Shown: positions 37,281 to 46,909, counted from the first letter of the stretch. The stretch is DNA of 64,000 nucleotides from Thermoproteota archaeon (GCA_027491915.1 JAOZGC010000002.1:544001-608000); one strand, 5' to 3'. Program-made: numbers and translations. Notes: generated by a model not told the origin, from the sequence alone.

Positions 37281-37577
37281 GTGGGCGTCTCCTACCTGGT
37301 CGACCTCTCCGCCGGGCGCGACTGGCTGGACCTGGTCTCCGAGTTCCGCAGGGAGCTGGAGTCCAGGCTCGGCCCCAGGCTCAGGAGGGTGGTCGCCAGG
37401 GGATCCCCGGACGACCTGGTCTACGACAGCAACGTCTTCGTCTTCGTGGACAGGGTGGACGGGGACGTCCTCAGGGCCGTCGCGGCCGCTGCCCTTGAGG
37501 TCCAGGAGAGGCTCGGGGCCGAGGGCCTGAACCCCATGACCGTGGAGGAGGGGGAGGTTGAGCCTCGACAAGGCTAG
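37281..37577 (+). CDS. MNT-like antitoxin with a degenerate motif (paralog of 15399)
   Basis: FRRELESRLGPRLRRVVARGS.DDLVYDSNVFVFV...LNPMTV. Confidence 0.7.
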   Translation: MGVSYLVDLSAGRDWLDLVSEFRRELESRLGPRLRRVVARGSPDDLVYDSNVFVFVDRVDGDVLRAVAAAALEVQERLGAEGLNPMTVEEGEVEPRQG

Positions 37578-37935
37578 GCTCCTCCTGATCCAGGCCGAGA
37601 GGGACCTGGAGATCGGGTGCTTCGACAAGGCCGCCAGCGCGGCCTACATGGCGGCCAGGATGGCCGCCGAGGTCCTCCTCAGGTCCCTGGGTCAGAGGGG
37701 GATCCCGAGGAGGGACGACAAGCTGGCGAGGGCCGTCGCCAACCTTGGGATGAGGCCCGAGGCGGAGGAGCTGATGAGGCTCTACGAGGTCAGGAAGAGG
37801 GCCGACTACTCCAGATACCCCGTGGACGCGGCCTCCGCGTCGGACTGCGTCCGCGCGGCCGGGCGCCTGGTGGAATCCTTCGTCTCCAGGGTGACCCGGG
37901 GCGCCGGCGGTCGACCGGGGGGCGGGAGAACCTGA
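37558..37935 (+). CDS. HEPN domain protein (paralog of 15760)
   Basis: GCFDKAASAAYMAARMAAE, DDKLARA, LYEVRKRADY. Confidence 0.82.
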   Translation: MSLDKARLLLIQAERDLEIGCFDKAASAAYMAARMAAEVLLRSLGQRGIPRRDDKLARAVANLGMRPEAEELMRLYEVRKRADYSRYPVDAASASDCVRAAGRLVESFVSRVTRGAGGRPGGGRT

Positions 37936-38210
37936 TCGGGCGGATTCCCCTCGGCCAGCCCTCGGCCCGCATCTGGGGGGTCAGCCCGACCCCTCCTCTC
38001 CCCCCTCGGCCCATTCCCCACCCCTGGGGGTCACGGGGTCCCGGAAGCCTCCGCCCCTGATCCGGAGGTCCCCGTCGGCCAGAGGGGGACCACCTGCTCC
38101 CCGACGTGGGCCTCGACGGCCTCGGACCGCACGCGGCCGTGCTGCGTCCCCCACCTGATGGAGACGCACGCGGCCGACAGCGGGTGGCGCCTGAGGGGAT
38201 CAGGAGGGGA

Positions 38211-38260
38211 TCAGAAAGAGAAGGGGGAAGAAGATAAGGGAAGGGAAGGGAAGGAAGGGG
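38211..38260 (-). terminator. Pyrimidine-rich tract downstream of the cydAA' operon
   Basis: A purine-only run on + (C/T-rich on -) just after the cydA' stop codon. Confidence 0.4.
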
Positions 38261-38287
38261 GCCGGGGGCGGTGCGGCGGCCGGCCGG

Positions 38288-39472
38288 TCAGCCCCCCTCC
38301 CCCTCGCCCTTCACCATGAAGTAGAAGAGGGCGGCCACGGCAGCCAGCAGCGGCACCAGCATGGCGGCGGTGATCCAGTAGAGCTCCGGCAGGTTGGCCA
38401 GGGAGTTCACGTTCTCCGCGGATATGGCCTGCACTATGGGCTCCGGCAGCGCCGCGGCCAGGTCCGGCCTGGCCACGAAGTAGGGGAGCTGGCTGAACAT
38501 GTTGAGGAGCTCCCCGGATACGACCGTTGCCAGGGCCGCCGGCCCAGCCACCTTGGCCCACCTGAGGGCCGACGGGTCCACCGCCCCGCCAGCCAGGAGG
38601 GGCCTCCTCAGCAGGTAGGCGGCGGCCGCCAGCTGGACGGCCACCAGCGCCATCTTGAGTATGAAGAGCCAGCTGTAGTCCGACTGGGCCGCCATCCCCA
38701 TCAGGGAACCGATCACGTTGGCGAACTTGAAGGGGGTCGTCCACCACAGTCCCGCCAGGTACCAGACGCCCAGCGGCACCATGATCACCACGGCGATGGC
38801 GCCGTACTTCGCCGCCGTCGAGGCCAGCTCCGCGTACCTCCTCCTGGCCTCCCCCTCCACCTCGGTCAGGCGCCAGGCGTAGGCAGACGCCAGGACCAGC
38901 GCGCCCACGGCCAGGCCGCCCACGACGCTCTTCAGGTACAGGGGGGCGAAGCTGGGGTTGGCGAGGGCCTCCGCCACGTCCAAGTAGGGCTTGGGCTCCA
39001 GGTGCAGTCCCTCTGGCGAGTTCAAGAAGGCGAAGACCGCCCTGAACCCCAGGGGGACGAGGAACCCCGTGAGGGCCATCGCGGCCCCTATGGCGGCGTG
39101 CAGCCCGGAGGATATCTTGTCCCACAGGTACCAGTAGCCCACTATGGAAAGGAACCTGAGGGCTATGGCCATTATGGCCAGCCCGAACGGCACCCAGGTC
39201 AGGTGCCCCGCCAGTCCTATGAACTGGGGGTAGAAGCTCAGGAGGGCCACCGTGAAGGCGGTGCCGAACACCCCGGCTATGGCGTAGGTCCCGGCGTAGT
39301 ACCTCATCAGGGTCTTGGACCTCTCGACCAGGAACCCGTCCCCCTTCTTCTCCCCGGTCCACTTCATCAGCGGTATGGCGGTGCTGAGCCCTATGTCCAG
39401 GTTGACCAGGGCTATGTGGACCCCGAAGACGAAGGGTATCAGGAACTCCACGGGCAGGGGTATGCCGGGCAT
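38288..39472 (-). CDS. Cytochrome bd second subunit of CydA-like type (CydA')
   Basis: CydA-like N-terminus (FGVHIALVNLDIGL...YAIAGVFGT...YPQF) rather than CydB; degenerate GELLNMFSQLPY end motif. Confidence 0.75.
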   Translation of the reverse strand: MPGIPLPVEFLIPFVFGVHIALVNLDIGLSTAIPLMKWTGEKKGDGFLVERSKTLMRYYAGTYAIAGVFGTAFTVALLSFYPQFIGLAGHLTWVPFGLAIMAIALRFLSIVGYWYLWDKISSGLHAAIGAAMALTGFLVPLGFRAVFAFLNSPEGLHLEPKPYLDVAEALANPSFAPLYLKSVVGGLAVGALVLASAYAWRLTEVEGEARRRYAELASTAAKYGAIAVVIMVPLGVWYLAGLWWTTPFKFANVIGSLMGMAAQSDYSWLFILKMALVAVQLAAAAYLLRRPLLAGGAVDPSALRWAKVAGPAALATVVSGELLNMFSQLPYFVARPDLAAALPEPIVQAISAENVNSLANLPELYWITAAMLVPLLAAVAALFYFMVKGEGEGG

Positions 39473-39476
39473 GCCA

Positions 39477-41069
39477 TCACCTCCTCCTCCACAGGAACAC
39501 GTAGACGGCGGCCAGCAGCAGGGCCAGCATCAGGGCCAGGTAGAGGGCCACGGCCGCCAGCTGCCAGGCGGGCGGCGGGTTTATCGTCAGCTCCGTCTGG
39601 ACGTCCATTATCCCGTAGATGGCCCAGGGCTTCCTCCCGAGCTCCCTGGTTCCCCACCCGAGGAAGCTCGTCACGTGGGCTATAGCCGGGGAGATCGCGG
39701 TCAGCCAGAGGATCCAATTGGCCTTCGAGCCGCGCCACGCCGAGATCGCCAGGAGCAGTCCTATCAGCCCCAGCAGGACGCCCAGGCCTATCTTCACGTA
39801 GTACATGTAGTGGACCAGCAGGGGTGGCCTGTAGTCCGGGTCTATGTCGTCGTAGTTGGGTATCTTGGCGTCCGGGCTCCCGTACGACAGGGCGGGCATC
39901 ACGCCCCTGATCAGGCCGCCGAGCCCCAGGGAGTCGGGCAGGCTGACTATTTGGGAGCTGGTTCCCTCCATGGCCGCGAACTTCTCCGGGTTGTGCTTGG
40001 CGACGGCGGATCCCATGGCGTGGCCCAGGGCGGTCCCCTGCAGGGCGATGGCCACCAGCGCGAACGTCGACGCGAACTTGAGGGCCTTCCTGAAGTACTC
40101 GGAGTCGGGATCCTCGGCGGAGGACCTCAGGATCCTCAGGGCGTAGGCCCCGGCCACCGTGAAGGAGGACACGGTGACGGCCGCGCCGAGGGCGTGCATC
40201 AGGGTCGCCAGGTATCCCCCGGACATGAAGGTTATCTGGAAGATCCCGGCCCTCTCGATGGTGTGGGCAACTATCTGGTCGAGGACGGCCTTGAGCGGGA
40301 CCGATCCTATGGCCTGGGCGGCCTCGGGGGTGGCCACGGCCGCCAGGGTGCTCTCCGCCACGGTCTTGCCCGAGAAGGCCTCGGCCATCAGGGTCCTCAC
40401 CAGGCCGGACGGTATGGCCACGGTGACGTCCCCTGCCCCGGAGCCCAGGATCCTGATGCCGACGGCCGACAGCTTGTTGGGATCGAGGGCCTGGGCTATC
40501 TGGGTTGGGACGTAGAGCAGGACGTCTGGGGGGGCCCAGGACCCGGTGGACGGGTCGTAGTTGGCCACGACGTTGGCCGGCGACTGCATGAAGGAGTTGA
40601 CGCTCAGGATCATGGAGGCCGAGTACCAGGCGCCCGCCATGGCCAGCAGCCCGACGACCAGGTGGACCTTGGGGGACATCCTCCGCTCCGCGTAGTAGTA
40701 GAGGTAGATGAAGGCCCCCTCCATTATGAAGGCGAAGATCTCCATGTAGAGGGGGAAGTAGATGTACCTGCCCGCGGCCTCGGTCAGGTTCGGCCACAGC
40801 AGCACCAGGCCGAACTCTGAGGCGGTCCCGGTGGCGGCGCCGACGGCGAAGACGGCCACGAATCCCTTGGCCAGGGTTCTGGAGAGCCTCTTCCAGTCTT
40901 CATCCCCGCTCCTCAGCCACAGGGCCTCGGCGACCACGGCCAGCAGCGGGAGGCCCAGGACGTACTGCAGGATGAACCAGTGGACCTCTATCCCGACCAT
41001 GGAGAGGAGCCTCTCGCCGCCGGCCGGGTACCCGGCCAGCCACTGGGAGATCAGATCCAGACCCGGCAA
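39477..41069 (-). CDS. cydA: Cytochrome bd quinol oxidase subunit I
   Basis: H19-like HWFI, FAVGAATG, EIFAFIME, NSFMQSP, H186-like MHALGAA, PEKFAAMEG, GWGTRELGRKPW. Confidence 0.92.
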   Translation of the reverse strand: MPGLDLISQWLAGYPAGGERLLSMVGIEVHWFILQYVLGLPLLAVVAEALWLRSGDEDWKRLSRTLAKGFVAVFAVGAATGTASEFGLVLLWPNLTEAAGRYIYFPLYMEIFAFIMEGAFIYLYYYAERRMSPKVHLVVGLLAMAGAWYSASMILSVNSFMQSPANVVANYDPSTGSWAPPDVLLYVPTQIAQALDPNKLSAVGIRILGSGAGDVTVAIPSGLVRTLMAEAFSGKTVAESTLAAVATPEAAQAIGSVPLKAVLDQIVAHTIERAGIFQITFMSGGYLATLMHALGAAVTVSSFTVAGAYALRILRSSAEDPDSEYFRKALKFASTFALVAIALQGTALGHAMGSAVAKHNPEKFAAMEGTSSQIVSLPDSLGLGGLIRGVMPALSYGSPDAKIPNYDDIDPDYRPPLLVHYMYYVKIGLGVLLGLIGLLLAISAWRGSKANWILWLTAISPAIAHVTSFLGWGTRELGRKPWAIYGIMDVQTELTINPPPAWQLAAVALYLALMLALLLAAVYVFLWRRR

Positions 41070-41130
41070 TTTAGGTCTTCGCCCCGACTTCCGGAACTAA
41101 ACTTAAATCTCTCGTTCGGGGATCGAACCT

Positions 41131-41505
41131 ATGCCCGGACCGGGAGGACGGGCGCGCCGCGGGTCCCCCGGCTTCGGTGGGGGGTCACGGCCGGGGACGT
41201 TCCCGATCGATGCGATCCTCAGGGCCGTGGAGAGGTTCAACTCGCTCAGGAGCCCGGAGGCCACGGCCTGGTTGGTCGGGGTTGGCGGGGAGGGGAGGGT
41301 GCTGGTCAGGGTGAGCGGCCCCTTCTGCGCCTCCTGCGGCCTCTACGACTACTTCGACGACCTGGCCCTGGAGATAGAGGACATGCTCGGCGAGGAGGTG
41401 AGGCCCGAGTCGGTCGAGGAGGAGGGGGGCGACTCCTTCCTGGTGACCCTCTCGATAGGCCGCCGGGGTCGGGACCGGGCCGGGGGCGGGGAGGGAGAAG
41501 GGTAG
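41131..41505 (+). CDS. Small conserved archaeal CxxC protein (NifU-C-like fold suspected)
   Basis: AVERFNSLRSPEATA...VRVSGPFCASCGLYDYFDDL; start uncertain. Confidence 0.6.
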   Translation: MPGPGGRARRGSPGFGGGSRPGTFPIDAILRAVERFNSLRSPEATAWLVGVGGEGRVLVRVSGPFCASCGLYDYFDDLALEIEDMLGEEVRPESVEEEGGDSFLVTLSIGRRGRDRAGGGEGEG

Positions 41506-41575
41506 CTGACCAGCAGGCGCAGGCGCAGGCGACCAACCGGCGTCCTCTCGGGGCCCCGCGCCCCCGAACCGATCT

Positions 41576-42073
41576 TCAGGGTCTTGGTCTCAACCTGAAG
41601 ACGCACGAGTCCCCGCCGTGGGCTATGGTCTGGATCTCCTCGGAGCACCACCTGCCCCCCATGAGGGAGGCCGCGAGGGACTCCAGGAAGCTGGCCGTTA
41701 TCCTGCAGAAGAGGGGGTGCTCCGCGGCCCAGGGCATGAAGTGGCACTCCGATATGCGGACGATCATCCCGTCTCCATCGGGGCTGGCCTTTATCTCGGG
41801 CCCTCCCCTCTCCCTTATGAGCCCCGCCAGGTCACGGAAGGCCTCCCCGGGATCCCTGCCGACCACCTCGGAGGGATCCACCCTGAGGACCGTCATGAGG
41901 TTCCGCGCGGCGTTCCTGCCTATCCCGTAGCTCAAGACCTGCCTAATGAGACCCTCCCCGCCGATCGAGTCCAGGGCGGCGACGATCTCCTTCAGTAGGG
42001 AGGAGCAGTGTTCCATGCAGATGGAGTGCTCCCCCTCAGGCCCGACCCCGCCCAATTCACGGGTCGCCCCCAC
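41576..42073 (-). CDS. V4R/MetOD1-like ligand-binding domain protein
   Basis: ECHF...FC......G.....QTIAHGGDSCVFRL Cys pattern. Confidence 0.65.
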   Translation of the reverse strand: MGATRELGGVGPEGEHSICMEHCSSLLKEIVAALDSIGGEGLIRQVLSYGIGRNAARNLMTVLRVDPSEVVGRDPGEAFRDLAGLIRERGGPEIKASPDGDGMIVRISECHFMPWAAEHPLFCRITASFLESLAASLMGGRWCSEEIQTIAHGGDSCVFRLRPRP

Positions 42074-42091
42074 CAGCCGATCGGCGCCACG

Positions 42092-42113
42092 ACTTAACCA
42101 TTAAGTTAACCAT
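42092..42113. promoter_or_regulatory. AT-rich inverted repeat ACTTAA-CCA-TTAAGT with a direct repeat of TTAACCAT
   Basis: Seen about 20-40 nt upstream of the 42073 start; probable promoter/operator. Confidence 0.45.
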
Positions 42114-43602
42114 CTGCACCCTGGCCCTTGAGGTGGGAGGGGGTCCTGACCCACGTCGCCGATCCCCCCGCCGCCGGGGCAACCTCCACCGCGGGGCACC
42201 CGGGATCCGGCCCGAGCACGCTCCCGTGGTAGGCGTAGGCCCTGGCCCTGCACCCGCCGCACACGTACCTGTACGGGCAGGAGGAGCAGGCGTAGTCCGG
42301 GGAATCTCTCCCCCTGAGGACCTCGAGGACGGGGCTCTCCCTCCAGATCCTCTCGAAGCCGTCCCTCAACACGTTGCCGACGACCACCGGGAGGAAGACG
42401 CAGGGTTGGACGTCCCCGTTGTGCTCCACGGAGCAGTAGATCCTCCCGGCGCCGCACCCCCCCAGGAGCTCCGCCAGGGCAACGGCCTGGGAGCCCCCTC
42501 CAGCCGGGACGGGGAGGTCGGCGAAGTGGGTCGGGACCACCCTGTTCCTGCCCCCCATCTCAACCTCGCCGAGGGCTATCACGGCGTAGCTGGGGGAGGT
42601 GGAGAAGACCTGGAGCCCGTTGTCCTCGACCAGCTTCCCGTAGAGGAACTCCAGCAGGTGCCCCCTCTCGGCCGCCGAGAGGTCCGCGTCCGCCATCCCG
42701 GCCCCCCTGCCGGTGGGCACGAAGTTGAACACCACCAGCCTGTCGGCCCCCAGCTCGAGCGCCAGGTCGACCATGTCCCCGATCTCCCTGTAGTTGTGCT
42801 TGGTCGCCGTCGTCGCTATGCCCACCTCCATCCCCGCGGCCTTCGCGTTCCTTATGCCCCTGACCGCGGCCTCCCAGGCTCCGGGGACCCCCCTGAACCT
42901 GTCGTGGGCCTCCGGGTTCGGGGAGTCGAGGCTGACCTCCACGTACCTGACCCCCACCTCCCTCAGCCTGCGGGCCACCGACCGGGTCAGGAGGGTCCCG
43001 TTGGTGGCGACGCTCACGTAGAATCCCCTCCTGGCGGCCTCCGCGGCCACGGGCCAGAAGTCCGGGCTGGCCAGCGGCTCTCCCCCCGAGAAGGCCAGGG
43101 CGGGGACCCCCGCCTCGTCCAGCTGCCTCAGGACCTCCATCTTCTCCCCCAGACTCAGCTCGTCCGGGGCCGGTTCCGGGCCGGCGCCGGCGTAGCAGTG
43201 CTGGCACCTCAGGTTGCACCTCTTTGTGAAGTCCCAGACCACCAGCAGGGGGGCCAGGAATCTCTGGGGCCTCGTCAGCCCGTACTCCGCCAGGCTCCCC
43301 ATCAGGTTGGCCACCCCCCTCCTGACGTAGGGGAGGGAGAGGGCCTCCCTGACGGTCGGCTCCTCCACCCCCAGCTTCGAGGCTGCCCTGTCAATCATCT
43401 TCGAGATCAGCGCGGCCGCCAGGGACTCCCTCACCCCCTCGGGCTCCCTCACCCCGGCGTACACCTCGAGCGCGGCCTCCAATCCCTTCTGAGACGGGAG
43501 CAGCCTCAGCGCGAGCGAGATCAGCCTGGCGTCCAGCGCCCTCCTCAGCCCGGCCACCAGCCCGGCCGGCCCGCCGGAGACTCGGGATCCCGCCGGCATC
43601 AT
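42106..43602 (-). CDS. Radical SAM/SPASM protein (NirJ/AhbD/PqqE-like) with an N-terminal extension
   Basis: WDFTKRCNLRCQHCY, FSGGEPL, TNGTLL, CGAGRIYC...GDVQPC, CSSCPYRYVCGGCRARA...DPGC. Confidence 0.88.
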   Translation of the reverse strand: MMPAGSRVSGGPAGLVAGLRRALDARLISLALRLLPSQKGLEAALEVYAGVREPEGVRESLAAALISKMIDRAASKLGVEEPTVREALSLPYVRRGVANLMGSLAEYGLTRPQRFLAPLLVVWDFTKRCNLRCQHCYAGAGPEPAPDELSLGEKMEVLRQLDEAGVPALAFSGGEPLASPDFWPVAAEAARRGFYVSVATNGTLLTRSVARRLREVGVRYVEVSLDSPNPEAHDRFRGVPGAWEAAVRGIRNAKAAGMEVGIATTATKHNYREIGDMVDLALELGADRLVVFNFVPTGRGAGMADADLSAAERGHLLEFLYGKLVEDNGLQVFSTSPSYAVIALGEVEMGGRNRVVPTHFADLPVPAGGGSQAVALAELLGGCGAGRIYCSVEHNGDVQPCVFLPVVVGNVLRDGFERIWRESPVLEVLRGRDSPDYACSSCPYRYVCGGCRARAYAYHGSVLGPDPGCPAVEVAPAAGGSATWVRTPSHLKGQGADG

Positions 43603-43631
43603 ACCGGTATGCTTATGTACTGGTATATACC
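43601..43631. promoter_or_regulatory. Operator-like palindromes between divergent genes
   Basis: ATACCGGTAT (43601-10), TACTGGTA (43618-25) and GGTATATACC (43622-31) in an AT-rich island. Confidence 0.55.
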
Positions 43632-43641
43632 CATATCGGTC

Positions 43642-44088
43642 GTGCTCGAGCGCCTGTCCGACCACCACCTGAGGATACTGGACGCCCTCCTCGCCTCCGA
43701 GTCGGGCCTCTCCTTCAACAGGCTGGTCGACTCGCTCAGGGGGAGAGTTTCCAGGTCCGTGATATCCAGGGAGGTGAGGAGGCTCGTGGAGGAGGGGCTG
43801 ATCAGGACCGAGAGGGACGCGCGCCACAGGCAGAGGATCCTCTACAGGCTGGACGGCCGGATCAGGGAGCTGGCGGTCAGGATCCTGGGGAACGTCGGCC
43901 GCGCCGGCCGGGCCGGGATGGGGGTGGAGGAGGCCGTCGAGAGGATCTCCGGGTTGATCAGGAGGTACGGCGAGGTCTCCAGGGGGCTGCGGGACGGGCT
44001 GATCGCGGCCTACCTGAGGCACCGCGTGCTGGAGGAGGTGAGGGAGATCCTGCTGGCGTGGGGTCCCCTGCCCCCCTCGAATGGGTAA
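43642..44088 (+). CDS. Winged-helix transcriptional regulator (HxlR/MarR-like)
   Basis: ILDALL...LSFNRLVDSL...VSRSVISREVRRLVEEGLI...ILYRL. Confidence 0.8.
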   Translation: MLERLSDHHLRILDALLASESGLSFNRLVDSLRGRVSRSVISREVRRLVEEGLIRTERDARHRQRILYRLDGRIRELAVRILGNVGRAGRAGMGVEEAVERISGLIRRYGEVSRGLRDGLIAAYLRHRVLEEVREILLAWGPLPPSNG

Positions 44089-44171
44089 TATTTGAGGCCC
44101 GCCCGGCCCCGCGGGCGCCGCGCCCGGCGCCGCGCCCGGCGGGCACCCGGTCCGGGGATCGGTGAGGCGGG

Positions 44172-45998
44172 TTGGGGGAGCTGAGGCTGTTCTTCAAGAT
44201 CAAGCACGACGTCCAGAACGACTCCGAGATCCCGCTGGCCAGGGCGGAGCTGGAGTCGATCCTGGGGGAGGGGGTGACCGAGGTCGTCAACCCGGTCGAC
44301 CTCATGGCCGGCGGCGGCCCGCTCGGCCCCCTCCTCACACCGGGGCCGCCCAGGCTCCAGGACTGGATCACCCGGCACGCGTACCCGGGCAGGGTCCAGG
44401 GATTCTACGCCGAGGTGGGGTGGAGAAGAGACCTCTCCGACCTGCTGAGGCTCTCCTACTTCCGGGAGATCTACGCGGCCGCCAGCTCCGACGAGATCCC
44501 CCCAGGCTCCGTCGGCGGGCTCATGCCCGGGATCCTGGCTAGGCCCGATCCCTCCGGCCCCCGAGAGCAGGATCTGGCCCCCTTCGCCAGGATATTCCTC
44601 CTGGACGGGCTCTGGGTCCTCAGGATCGTCCCCTTCCAGGCCATGTACGAGTTCTCTGACTTCGTGATCAGGCTGGCCAACTCCCCCCGGGACGTGGAGA
44701 GGATGTTCGAGGCCGGGATAGAGCACCTCCGGCGCGGGATCTACAGGCCCTACTCCGCCGAGTCATCCCGCCTATTCAAGACCATAGAGGACTTCATGGA
44801 CGACCGCAGGGCCCCCCAGCTCTACCTGACCCACTGGTTCTTTGGGATACACGGGAAATTCTTCCCGCGGATGATCAGGGCCGCCATGAACGCCGTGGGC
44901 CTGAGGGAGGGGGACCTGGTCCTGGACCCCTTCGCCGGATGCGGGACCCTGAACGTGGAGGCGTCCCTGATGGGGATCAGGTCCGTCGGGGTGGAGGTTA
45001 ACCCCCTCCTGGCCGAGGTGAGCAGGGTGAAGGTCCGGGCCCTGTCCATGGATCCGGAGGAGGTCGGGCGGGCGGTGAGGGAGATGGAGTCGGCCCTCTC
45101 CGGGTCGGACTGGTTGAGCTTGGAACTGGCGGCCGAGCTGGGGGCCAGGCTGCCCGAGAAGCTCAGGTCTAGGGTGAGGCCCGACTCTCTGGCCGCCGTG
45201 GCCTCGATACTGGAGGCGGCCGAGGGGGCGGGGGATCCTGACCTCCGGGCCCTCCTCAGGGTCCCCCTCATGTACTGGATGAGGAGCATGCTCACCAAGC
45301 AGGATCCGGACAGGGTTCGCAGGACGTACCTGGACCACCTCCGCCGCATGCACCACGCCCTCCTCTTCCTGGAGCTGTTCAGGGACAGGGTGGCCCCCCT
45401 AGAACCGGCGCCCGCGAAGGTGCTGGTCGGGGACTCCACGGACCTGGCGGGCGCGCTGGGGGCCGGGGCCGCCGGCGAGCTGCGCGAGGGGTTCGACGCG
45501 GCGGTTACCAGCCCGCCCTACATGACCGCCATAGACTACGTCGGGGAGCAGCTATACGCCCTCTACGTCCTCGGGTTCACCAGAGACCACCTGGAGATAG
45601 ACAGGAGGACCTTGGGATCCAAGAGGGCCGTCGACGACGCCCCAGGGCCGGAGGAGGCCGGGCTTCCCGAGTCCGTCGTCCGCCTCGTCGGGGAGATCGC
45701 CTCCAGCAGGAGGAGGCACGCCTCCGCCCTCCTGAAGTACTTCTCCGGGATCCTGAGGTCCATGGAGGGGCTGGCCAGGGTGATGAAGCCCGGGGGTCAC
45801 GTTGTCTGGGTGATAGGGAGGCGGCAGGTCATGAGGATCGGTGGCAGGAGAGTGGAGGTCCCCGTGGCAGAGCTGATGACCGAGCTGGGGTGGCGCGCGG
45901 GGCTGAGGAGGGTCGGGACCGTCCACGTGGAGCTGGCCAAGTCCTCGGAGAGGGGAGCCATCCCGACCGAGAGCCTGATATTCTTCGAGGTACCCTGA
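44172..45998 (+). CDS. SAM-dependent amino-methyltransferase, probably DNA N4-cytosine type, with an extra N-terminal domain
   Basis: HGKFFPRMI, VLDPFAGCGT (motif I), VTSPPY (motif IV), VMKPGGHVVWVIG. Confidence 0.75.
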   Translation: MGELRLFFKIKHDVQNDSEIPLARAELESILGEGVTEVVNPVDLMAGGGPLGPLLTPGPPRLQDWITRHAYPGRVQGFYAEVGWRRDLSDLLRLSYFREIYAAASSDEIPPGSVGGLMPGILARPDPSGPREQDLAPFARIFLLDGLWVLRIVPFQAMYEFSDFVIRLANSPRDVERMFEAGIEHLRRGIYRPYSAESSRLFKTIEDFMDDRRAPQLYLTHWFFGIHGKFFPRMIRAAMNAVGLREGDLVLDPFAGCGTLNVEASLMGIRSVGVEVNPLLAEVSRVKVRALSMDPEEVGRAVREMESALSGSDWLSLELAAELGARLPEKLRSRVRPDSLAAVASILEAAEGAGDPDLRALLRVPLMYWMRSMLTKQDPDRVRRTYLDHLRRMHHALLFLELFRDRVAPLEPAPAKVLVGDSTDLAGALGAGAAGELREGFDAAVTSPPYMTAIDYVGEQLYALYVLGFTRDHLEIDRRTLGSKRAVDDAPGPEEAGLPESVVRLVGEIASSRRRHASALLKYFSGILRSMEGLARVMKPGGHVVWVIGRRQVMRIGGRRVEVPVAELMTELGWRAGLRRVGTVHVELAKSSERGAIPTESLIFFEVP

Positions 45999-46129
45999 TC
46001 CTTTCGGATCCGAACCTGGCCGGGTCGGCCGCGGGAGGCCGCCGGTCGCCTGACCGGTGACGCCCCCAGGACCCGCCGCGGGGACCGGCGGACGCGACTT
46101 TATAACGTCCGCCTCCCGACGTCGCCGGG

Positions 46130-46513
46130 ATGAGGGAGGAGGCCAGGCGACTGTGGCGGCAGGCCCTGGAGGACCTGGAGACGGCCAAGGTCTTGTTGAA
46201 CTCCGGCAGGTACTACGCCGCGGCCTTCTTCTCGCATCAGGCCGCCAAGAAATCTTTGAAGGCCGTCCACGTGGAGCTTAGGCGGGAGATCCCACCCAGG
46301 ACCCACAACCTGGTGGAGCTGGGTAGGGTCCTCGAGGTGGGAGACCTGATGGAGGATCTGATGGAGCTCAACCCGGAATACACGGTCTCCAGGTATCCGG
46401 ACGCCGCCAACGGCGTCCCGGCGGAGATGTACAGCGAGTCCATCGCCCGCAGGCAGGTGGAGAGGGCCGAGAGGGTGGTGAGGAGGTGCGGGGAGATCCT
46501 AAAGGCGTCTTGA
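46130..46513 (+). CDS. HEPN domain protein
   Basis: YYAAAFFSHQAAKKSLKA, RTHNL, YTVSRYPDA; TTTATAA box upstream. Confidence 0.9.
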   Translation: MREEARRLWRQALEDLETAKVLLNSGRYYAAAFFSHQAAKKSLKAVHVELRREIPPRTHNLVELGRVLEVGDLMEDLMELNPEYTVSRYPDAANGVPAEMYSESIARRQVERAERVVRRCGEILKAS

Positions 46514-46854
46514 GCAGGCTGGCCTCGTCCCTCAGATCTTGGGATCCCTCCGTCCGCCTGATACTATTCGGCTCCCGGGCCCGCGGGGACGAACTGGTGG
46601 ACTCGGACTACGACCTGATCGTGATCTCTGAGAGGTTCTCCGGGATTCCCTTCCCACGGAGGGCGGTCGAGGTATGGAGGGTTCTCCTGAGGTCCGGAGT
46701 CCTCGGCGACTTCGAGTTCCTCTGCTACACCCCGAGGGAGTTCGAGAGGAAGGCCCGCGAGATAGGGGTGGTCTCCCTGGCCGCCCGGGAGGGGGTGAAA
46801 GTCGACCCCCGCCGGCGGGGGGGGACGGGGATCGATCGGGCTGCCGGGCCCTAG
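46510..46854 (+). CDS. MNT antitoxin
   Basis: LFGSRARGD...SDYDLIVIS..F, CYTPREF; TTGA overlap with the HEPN stop. Confidence 0.9.
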   Translation: MSRLASSLRSWDPSVRLILFGSRARGDELVDSDYDLIVISERFSGIPFPRRAVEVWRVLLRSGVLGDFEFLCYTPREFERKAREIGVVSLAAREGVKVDPRRRGGTGIDRAAGP

Positions 46855-46909
46855 TGGGCTCGACCGGAACTGCCGTCCCCGGGATACCCTGACTCGACCC
46901 GAACCGTCC

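Noticed and set aside
37936-38210. Short coding-like fragment (GDHLLPDVGLDG...LMETHAAD)
   Set aside because: No start context and too short to assign; possibly a gene remnant.
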